A DNA stretch of 64,000 nt from Bugula neritina (lineage: Eukaryota; Animalia; Bryozoa), in assembly GCA_964035545.1 (NCBI GenBank), contig OZ037771.1:2491628-2555627 (forward strand), given 5' to 3'. Shown piece after piece: positions 40,201 to 50,398 of this stretch (position 1 is the stretch's first letter; each line of letters starts with the position of its first letter). Position numbers and translations under genes: made by a program. The notes below the pieces were generated by a model, which saw only the letters and a list, made by a program, of their open reading frames with translations, was not told where the DNA came from and did no database searches.

Positions 40201-41088
40201 TATTCTTGTTATGTTAAAGCTATTTTTCATTTGCAGTTGCATGCATGCTATGTCTCTGAATACAAAAATTTTTATCATTGACTATTAGTTACTGAATAGT
40301 TTAACAGTCATTATGAAAACATTTTTTAACTTCTATTATTGTAAGACAAAGTTAAGTTCAAGCTGAAATGATTTCGTTGCAATTTTTTAGAGCAAGAAGT
40401 TACCAGGAAAAGCTCTATAAATTTGTTCAACATCCCTGGAGTACTGGTGCTGTTTTTCCAAGTCATAATGTACAAAATGATTGTGCAAGCTACATTCTCA
40501 GGGGCGAGCAACTACTTAAGTCTTACTGTAAGAGATTTAGTAATATGTTGTATAGTAGTTACTTATATAGCATACAACCAAGGCAAACAGTAGTGAAAGC
40601 ACAGCTGACCATATAAAAAAGTACCTATGCCAATCACTGCATTTGTGTTTTTACTATTAGCTTTTTTCTTCACTTAATAATAATAAGCTTAGTACTATTG
40701 TTTTCGACTCAATAAAATAGGCTTTCGTGATTTATTTGCTAGTGTCATTTTAAAATTTCTTTACACGCAAGTTTATACAAGTTTGAAGGAGCAATGTTTA
40801 CAATTTTGAAACCTTTTTGGTTTTGAAGAAAATACAATAAACAGTGAAATAGAGCGTTGTGCTTTTGTAAATTGCTTATTAAAAATTTCTAATGTAGTCA
40901 GTAAGCTCTGTGATAAAGTTAGAAATAAAGCCAGAAAATTGTAAATTTGTAGTTCCAATCATCTTCATCTACATTAGGAATAGTTTACAGCGTGTGGCCT
41001 ATCGGCTATTTGACCGGATGTGCTCTGATTCCACCCTTGGTAAATAAGGTGAGTAGAAAAAAATTATATACATATATATATATATATA

Positions 41089-41148
<60 letters not shown>

Positions 41149-43205
41149 TTCAAACTTTAAACTTGAAACCATATTATATCAGTGATTAATTAGCTGCTTG
41201 TTGCACCGGTGAAGAGCTGACCAGAAATGCCATCAGAAATCCCAAATTAATTCAAGACATGTTTGCACAAAGTTGTTTGAGCATGCAAGCCTCAACCAGT
41301 CTGTAGGTGGTAGCTAAGATATATATGGGTATTTTATTACTGTATAAGTGTGTCAGAGATTCTTTGATAGACACTTTATCTGTGTCAATAAACATGATAT
41401 TTTATTTTAGGGCTTTATCTACAGTCAAATACTCATAGCATGGCTTGCCTCAGCTCTACTTTACATGCTGGCTGGGCCCTCACCCCTCCTAGAATTTCTC
41501 TTCAATGGTCAGAAGTAAGGCTATATATTACATGCAGCACATGTTAAAAGACTATACATTTTAGTCAGCAAAAGTGTTTTAATATAATTGATTAAACTAC
41601 TTATTTTTGTCTAAATTGGGTATGATTTAATTTCTAATTTTTCGAATTTTTATTAAAGTTTTGAACAGAAAAAGTATGCTGAAAAACCTATTTCTGACAA
41701 AGCACCGAAATTATTTGCAGGAAAATATGTATTTTTCTATGATGTAATAGAAGGAATTATGAAATATGAATAATTATAAGGAACAGTTTCTGTAAACAAT
41801 GTATATAAGAAAAAATATCATTTTTATTCTTTTTAAGATGGTTCTAATCATCTTACTTTTTAAGTTCATATGCTTCTTTTTAACTTGTAATTTTTATTAT
41901 TTATTTTTGCTACCACTTGTTCACTAGATTATTTTTACATAACAGGTTTGGTTATAACATAATCATTAACTACATTCTAGTTAGAGATTGGGCTCATGTT
42001 TCCTTCCATTTAATATTTTAGATATTTCCTACTGACTGTTACACTCATAGCAATGCTATTATTTCTATCAGGAGTTCAACTTATTCCTGCTTTTCAGGCA
42101 GCAATAGACCTTGCAGTGTGAGTATAATAAATCTAAAGCATATTCTGTAATCTGTGACAATATGCCAACACTAAAAGTATAAAAAAGCAACAAATTTAAC
42201 CATAATTATGTAATAAGTTTAAAGTTTATCTCAATGAGCAGTATTTGAAATACATCAACGTTTTGAAAACTTCTTTTTAATATACTCTCAGCATTCTTTA
42301 CTTAGTTTGTGTTATAGAATTCAGTTTTTGTGCTTTACTAAAGCTTTTCGCTGCAAGACCTATTGGGCATGGTAAAGTATGCAACCTAAAACTATACGCT
42401 TCATATAGACTATCTTGTATATTCTCTTGGTGCAGCTTACGTAACCGTAATATAGTTCTGACCTACACTTGATTCACTGATTTACTGAGTCAGTGTGAAT
42501 GGACATGAGAAAGACAGTACGCAGACGTATGGTGCAGTTACTGGAACTCTAAATGGTGCCACTGCACTTGGAGCTCTAATAGGACCTGTATTTGGAGGGG
42601 CAATCACTCAGGTGTCAGACTTTACCTGGACTCTCACATCACTCGCTGGTCTCTCACTGCTTGTGGTGAGTTTGGTGTCATTGAAATCATCTGGGAATCT
42701 TTTAACAACCATTATTTGATACTTTGCTTCTTAGACATTCATCACAGGATAAAGTTCTTTATAAAAAGAATCACAAAAGTTTATAGTCACTATCCTTGTG
42801 AAACACCCCTAATAAAAAAGGGTTTTTTTTTAAAGTGGGCTAAGGACTTATTCAGAGGAGGCACAGGAGCAATTATGACTGAATGCTCTTCCTAACATTA
42901 CTAATGGTCTTTACTGGGGTTCGAACCCATGACTTCGTGTTTACTAAGTCAAACGCTCTAACCCCTAGACCACGACTGCTCTTCTTTATATTATTGTTAT
43001 ACTGCTGTGTCTATTTTTAGATTACTGTTATATTATAGGTAATATACTGCTACTTCTCATTGTCATTCAGGTTGTGGTCATAAGTGTGTATCTACTGAGT
43101 ATGAAGTTACTAAAACTACCACTTAAACCAACAGTCAGTGAAGAGGTAAATGTTGAAAATGGTGAAAAGAAAGAACTTTTATCTGAGAGTACGGATGAAG
43201 AATAA
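37293..43205 (+). CDS. SLC18B1-like: MFS transporter, SLC18B1-like, copy C, about 449 aa
   Basis: 11 exons: 37293-37526, 38113-38186, 38501-38645, 38726-38794, 39795-39882, 40391-40527, 40953-41048, 41411-41514, 42022-42117, 42494-42665, 43071-43205. Exon lengths equal those of copy B. C-terminus ends EKKELLSESTDEE. Confidence 0.9.
38787..39410 (+). repeat. 16-bp minisatellite, about 38 copies, made of the exon-4 end plus its 5' splice site
   Basis: Unit TGTAT(C/A)TA|GTAAGTA(C/T); the first unit overlaps the real donor at 38794/38795. Confidence 0.97.
41065..41143. repeat. (TA)n microsatellite in intron 7 of copy C
   Basis: Seen directly, about 15 nt after the exon-7 donor. Confidence 0.95.
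42764..42981 (-). mobile_element. tRNA-Thr(AGT)-derived SINE in intron 10 of copy C (same insertion as in copy B)
   Basis: Near-identical to 33098-33313, with the same TTCTTTATA flanks at the same intron position. Confidence 0.85.
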
Positions 43206-44458
43206 ACTGTTGAAGAAAATGAACAACCCTTCTTAAATTATTCATTAGATAATCTGCATTATTCAATCAATAAACAGATTGTAGTATCGCAGTCATTTTG
43301 AAGGCTGTCACAGTGCAGAGTGGTAGTTGTGCAGTAAGGAGGGGGGAAGTGTCGATTAGTCACTATGGCTGAGCTATATTGGTTGACTAAAAACCATCCA
43401 TTAATTTGCATTATATAACTATTAAACAGTCATGTGTGGGCCTGCAGCAATGCTGTATTTGTGTATGACTACTTGTATAGGTACGTAATAATGAAAGCAT
43501 TATATGGAGAAAAATAGGAAATTCTTAGACCATTAAATTTCCGGTAAACCTGTTTTTGGGAATGGAAATTTTGTAACATTTTTATATAAAACAGGATACT
43601 ATTGGTTTTTAAAATTATTTTTCATTATTTTGATCAACTACCTTACTAATATGCATATTTTATCAAAGGTGGATAAATGAAAAATTGATCATAAAAATTC
43701 ATCAAACTTTTATTGCATCTGTCAATTTGTAACACAATTGTGCTTACACTTAGTTGAGAGGCCAAGCAGAACAAAATCGAAACTAAAACACAAAGTACCC
43801 ATCTAAGTTCATTGCGTAGCTCAAGAAAAAAAATCAATATTTTCAAATCAGCACAATATCTGTTGCTAGACATAAAAAATCATAGTGAAAAATTATTTGA
43901 CTTCTAAAATTGTACAAGCATAGAATAAATTAGAGAATGACTTAATAACATATCTAAAATACACATTACACGTAACATAATCAGTTTATGCTAGAGGATA
44001 TCAAGATCATCTGCAAACAAAGTTTTGTGACCCCTGCGTGACCTTGAAGGACTTTTGTTTATAGACAACTCATCCAACACACTGGGAGACCCAGATCGAG
44101 GAGACAAAGCTAAATCATCTCCCATCTCACTCATTCTAAATGTGTTCTCACTAAAAGTATAATGTAATGAGGATTAATAAATACAGGCTACTCTAAAACT
44201 GAGTTTAATGACTCTAAATATTGTTAATAAACAAAACTGATAGACATTAGAGCCGGAGTAGATTTACAACACATTCAAGTAATCGGCAATAAATATGTTC
44301 ACTGAATACAATAATTAAAGGCATTAAATCACCACTACTACTTCACTAGATGTAATAAACCTTGTCCAATGAATTGAAGGATTTGTAATGTCAATGATGC
44401 CATCTTATAGCAGTATACACATTTCAGTTTGCTAAACAAATGAGGATTTGAAATATAC

Positions 44459-47400
44459 TTACACTGCATTGTGGGCATGCTTAGCTTTACCTAGCATATT
44501 ATGTTGCCTTTCTATTAGAAGTCTCCTTAGCTTTCTATCTTTTTGGGCATTCTGTACAGAACAATTACAAAAGCTGATTATGTAAAGTTCTATTAAAGAC
44601 ATATACTAGATAAATGAGTGTGTATGAAACAAATGAAGCAGCATAAAAATGAGAAGATAACTCTAAGTGAGAATAATATTAAACTACCTATCACAAGCCT
44701 TACAAGCCACACGCACACATATATTATACTGGTTACAATATATTATATGTTACGCAAGGAAGATTTATAACTTTACCAGAGAAATGGCCTCAGCAGCCCG
44801 TCTCTCCGCCTCTTTCGTTCTCATTTCTATTTTTCTCATTTGATTGGTGTAATCTTTCATCATAGTTTCAGCCTACAGTGATGCATGCCAATGTACAATA
44901 TACACAGTATATACTATAACAAATTGTATATACTGTAACATACATTGTATATGAATACAACTAATTATTGCGCACATACACTTTGCATTATGCGCTGTAA
45001 CACATACACTCTTTAATGTGTAACAATAAACATTCACCGATTCATACACCCATAATTCAGCTACTCTACTTTTCAAAGTTTAAAAATAAAAATCTAAGAC
45101 TAAACTTTTAAATACTTGCATAATAAAGCAATGAATATAAACAAGTACCTCTATAGTTCGATCCTTTGTTTCTCGCAGTAAACCATTGAGCTCTGTGATA
45201 CGATTATCTTTCTCATTGCATTCCACGCGTAGAGATTGGACTGTTTTCTCCCACTTGTCTGAGAGTAGGTGGTACTCGTCTTTCCACCTGCAACATACAG
45301 CTTATATGACAGTTATACCCTGCATATATGACAGTCATACCCTGTATATATGACAGTCATACCCTGTATATATGACATACATAACCTGTATATATGACAT
45401 ACATACCCTGTATATAAGACAGACATACCCTGCATATATGACAGACATACCCTGCACATATGACATACGTACCCTGTATATATGACAGACATACCCTGTA
45501 TATATGTCATACCTACCCTGTATATATGACAGACTTACACAGCTTAAACCGTATTCAGTTTAATTCAGGTGATTGCTAAGAGTGAGAAGTTTATGGTTTG
45601 CAGAAATAGATGTGAAACTCTTACTGATTGGCTGAGCGCTGTTGGCTGGTTATATCTGTGTGTAATTGGTTCATTGTTTTACGGTGGGCTTCCTCCACCG
45701 CCCGTATTCTCGTCTCAAAGTCTGTCTGTTTCATAGACATGCTGTGCTCCATGCAAATCATCTACAATATATGAATATACCATGTGATGCGCACAACTAT
45801 GAAAACAAACACAAAATAAAGGCTTACATACTCTTTTAGCATCAGCAAACACATGTTTTTGCAAACCTTATACATGGGTTGCAATTGGCAACAAATGTAA
45901 AGCTGAGAATTTCCTCAAAACAATTATGAAGCTAATAAAACAAAAGTGTTTTAAAAAAGTAAGAAGGAAAGCTGATCAAGAACTGGAAGTTCAACTCATA
46001 TAAACATTTTATCTCAAATTTCTACAAAAAGTCAACCATTTTAAACTTTCAAACATTCAATGGTGAAAAACTGCCCCTCTGAACTACTGCACGCCATCAT
46101 TTTAACTCGGAACTCCGCCTAAACTCCACCTCTTTGTTGTGTTTCCTGTCTTTAGCCTCGGCTTCCCTCTTCACGGAGTTAGCCAGTTCCTCGGCATCCT
46201 TAGCTTCCTGTAGGTGCCTCACTCTGTCATCATTCACCTGAAGGAACAGCGGCAGCAATCATTAGTTAGTGGCCGTAAAAACCCACCAATAGAAGTTTTT
46301 GTTACAGTGATGTATTACAAGTGTAAGCACATTATTGGATAGCTACAATCAATTGTGCCAATTAATAATTCCGTTGCAGGAGTAGTTCGAAAAATTATGA
46401 CTTGGTGATTTCTAGAAAGTTCATCAACAAACACTTTCATTACAATAGGATACAAGGTGTAACAACTCCTAATACTTCTATTATTTAAAGACATACTTTG
46501 TCAAAATCCTTCTGTAGAGCTGTCAGTCTCTCTGCTAGATGCTCAATTTCTTTATTTAACATCAGTTTGTCATTGGACAATCTGAAACAGATGCTTCAAC
46601 TATAAACACAACACAAGATGTCTAAATTATAGAGGAAAGTCTAACCATACAGCTAAAAATTCTAACCTTTAAACCTAAGCAGCAGTTAGGGAAGACCTAT
46701 CAAACACCCTACAATTGAAGTACAAGATGGGCCCTATCATTACCTTCTTCAACGATATTATCCACTTTCGCATTAAACTTATTGATTAAATAAATAAACA
46801 ATAAGCAAATAAACAAACATATGAGAAGAGCTCACCTCATTTCCAGCCGAGTCAACTCAGCCTCAGTAGCCCGGAGTTTCCCCTTCAGCTCATCTCTCTC
46901 TCGCTCTGCTTCACAGGCTCTCTTACTAAGCTGGTCGTACCGTCCGCCATCTTCGTAGGCTTGCTTCATTCCCTCCTGGTATACCTGTATTATACATTAC
47001 CTTTACTATACTAGTATATACGTCACCTGTATTATACTAGTATATACGTCACCTGTATTATACTAATATATACATTACCTGTAATATACTAATATATACA
47101 TTACCTGTAATATACTAATATATACATTACCTGTGATATACTAATATATACATTACCTGTAATATACTAATATATACATTACCTGTGATATACTAGTATA
47201 TACATTACCTGTAATATACTAGTATATACATTACCTGCATTATACTTGTCAGACTAAACCCACCTTCTCTAGTTCAGACTCCACTGATCTCTTCTCTCTC
47301 ACTGCTCTCTCCATTTCCGCTTTCAATGTGCCATTCTCCTAGCAAAGCAAGAGAAATGTCAAGACAAATTTTGGAATAACTACTGATGTGCATTGGTACA

Positions 47401-50366
47401 TTGTGTAAGCAAAAAGCATTGAAACAAAGTTGAAGAAACGATGTCATCATGAAAAAATTCAAAAGTAAATTTAAACAACTGTGAAAAACTATTAATTACT
47501 ATTAATTATTATTAATATATTTTGGTGACTAGATACATTTTACTAGCTTGCTACAGGGTTGACAACTTTTCTCCCTCTCTTTCCAAATAAATTCTCTTCA
47601 GTTTATTTTCGTTAATAGCCATCATTTGAATTAAGTAAAGGAGCAAAAAGTGTAACTACTACAATGTTATAATGCAATATTAAGTAACAGGTTTAATACA
47701 GCAATGTTACTCATCCTTATTAGGCAATGAACAAACCGATTCTAGCAGACGAATGTTATCTGTAAGTTTCTTTATCTTCACATCATTGTATCCTTGAACT
47801 TTGTCCACTTCCTCTTTAGTTTTCTTTCCGGCTTGGTCACAAAGAGCGGACAATTCTTCTCTCAACCTGTCAACTTCCGACTGATAGTTCTTCAGCGCCA
47901 GAGACATCTGGTCAACAAAACGACCGATTGAGAGAGAGTGAACATGAGAGGCCATGCTACATGTGCTCTCAGCCTAGTAACCTATCAGCTAATGAAATTC
48001 ATCAGTAAGAATATAATATAATGGTATGTATGAACAGCACTGACTTACCACTTCTTGTAAGGGTGTCATGTTACCTATATATTCATTGAATACTGCAAAG
48101 TCTTACGTAAACGACCTTTCACACAAATAATGAGTAGTCAAAGAACTAAAGGTGCTTAGTAAAAACCTCACCCTGTTTTAATTCACACTTGAAATAATAA
48201 ATTAAAAACAATGGAATTTAATCAAATAATACTTGAATGCCGAACAATTAAGTACAAATATCCAATTTAATTAACAATGTATTGACTATTGAATATAAAC
48301 AATAACAATTCTTTCATATGCATATCCATGGCAGAATAACAATAACAGTGGTTTAGCAATTCAATAAATTATATAACAAACAGTTTTTAGAACACTAAAG
48401 TATGAATGGAAAATGTTCTTTGCTAGAATCGCATTACATAACTCTACCTAAAGATACATGCAATGTTGTTGATACAGTCTTATATAGTTTCATTGCAGCT
48501 GTATTGAACCTTCATTGCAAATACCTAGAGCAAAACCAATACTTGTTGGACTGAAGTTTCAATCCTGACTGGTTGAGTTATTATTATTCTCAACTTTTTA
48601 AAATTGAAAACTCTTGAGCAACTAAAAACCGCAAAAAATAGAATCACAGTGAATTAAAAAGAAACTGGAGTTGTCTTCTCACCCAGACAAATCTTGCTAC
48701 TCTCATTAAAAACGAACAAAAGCTAGGTAGCTCCTTAATGGTACTTTTATATATGGAACTGTTGGATAGCAGAAAAAATAGCAGAACTTTGAAAAGTCCT
48801 GGAGTATCTAGTAATTTTACTTGAAAATGCATTCTATTTTTAGGAATGTCATAATTTACTAATGAAATGAAATCGTGCAGTAGTTGTCTTACCTTAGCAT
48901 AATGGCAGTTGTACCGTTAGCAGTTGTCTTACCTCTGTTTTCTCCAATACAGCCTCCTCTGCAGTTTGAATGGCCTCCTTCACCTTGTCTTTATATTGCA
49001 ATATGTCACCTTCCTTTTCCTTGCTGCTCCGTGTCACAAAAGACAAGCATAATATTTCAGTTATTTGCAAAAAAAATAATAAATATTATTCTGATCTCTT
49101 AGTATTTCATATTATGTAGCCCAAGATAACTTAGACATCAATGCTTCTAGAAGGAACATAAATCGCTTAACCTAATGTATCAGAATAACACACGCAGCAC
49201 ATACCACACCCTGGCTAGTTTGCCGATCTGAGTAAGCTGGCTGTCCACAAGGTCATTGAGCGAGTCAAGGTCACACTGAAGGTCAGATATTTCTCTGTTC
49301 TTCGTCTCCAACTGTAACTGCAGGCCTCTCACATTCTCCTGCACAGCAATCAACTTCCCACGCTCCTGTGTACATAGACACGGAAATAGACGTACAGACA
49401 GACACGGAAATAGACGTACAGACAGACACGGAAATAGACGTACAGACAGACACGGAAATAGACGTACAGACAGACACGGAAATAGACGTACAGACAGACA
49501 CGGAAATAGACGTACAGACAGACAAACAGATGCATATATACCTTGGGTCACGCTGCCAATATGGTTTGATGAAAAACACTTTGTAACTCACAATAAAAAT
49601 CTCATTACAGATATAGTTAGCGTGAACAAGTATGAGTTGAAATGATAGAGATCAGAAAAGTTAGCCTTAGAACTTAAGCAAAGTTAGTCTTAGATAGAGC
49701 TCAATAGAGCTAGCCTTAGAACTTAAACAACCTGCAGATTGAGATGATCTTTCTGGTGCGAGAGACCTTTCTTGAAGTCAAGGAGTTTCTGTTGGCTCAA
49801 CTCAGCCTCATTTTTGCACCTGCGAGTATCTTCTTGGGCTATGCGAAGCTCTTGGTTGAGTTGACTGATAGTCTGAGTGTACTTCAGTTTCATCTGCACA
49901 CAAAATAAACTCACATATAGAAAAAAAGATGACAAAACGACAAATGCATGATGTCAGATTCAGTGAAAATGGTACAAAGTATAGCAAAAATAGCATTTTC
50001 TTCTAACAACTGCTCACAGTAACAGTTTCTTAGAGAGGCATGTACAAGAATAAGTATTCAATACAAAGAAATTTTTCAGATAGCAACATACCTGCTGATG
50101 CTGATCCTGAAGGTGCTGCCAGTGACTGTTGGAGATGTTTGAACGTCTCAACTCCGACAGCTCTTCTTCCAACCTATGAACTTCCCTCTGAGACGCTCTG
50201 ACTAGATCATTACACGCATCTTTCTCCTGTACACACATGGAGAGTATAAAGACTATAACAATCCTTCCTCTGTATTTACAGCAGCAGCAATAGTAGCAGC
50301 AGCAGTAGTAGTAGTAGCAGTAGTAGTAGGAGTAGTAGTAGTAGTAGCAGTAGTAGTAGTAGTAGT

Positions 50367-50398
<32 letters not shown>

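Noticed and set aside
49021-49030. Tandem GAGCAG acceptor (NAGNAG) at SCLT1 exon 8
   Set aside because: A common motif changing at most one residue; GAG acceptors are rarely used.
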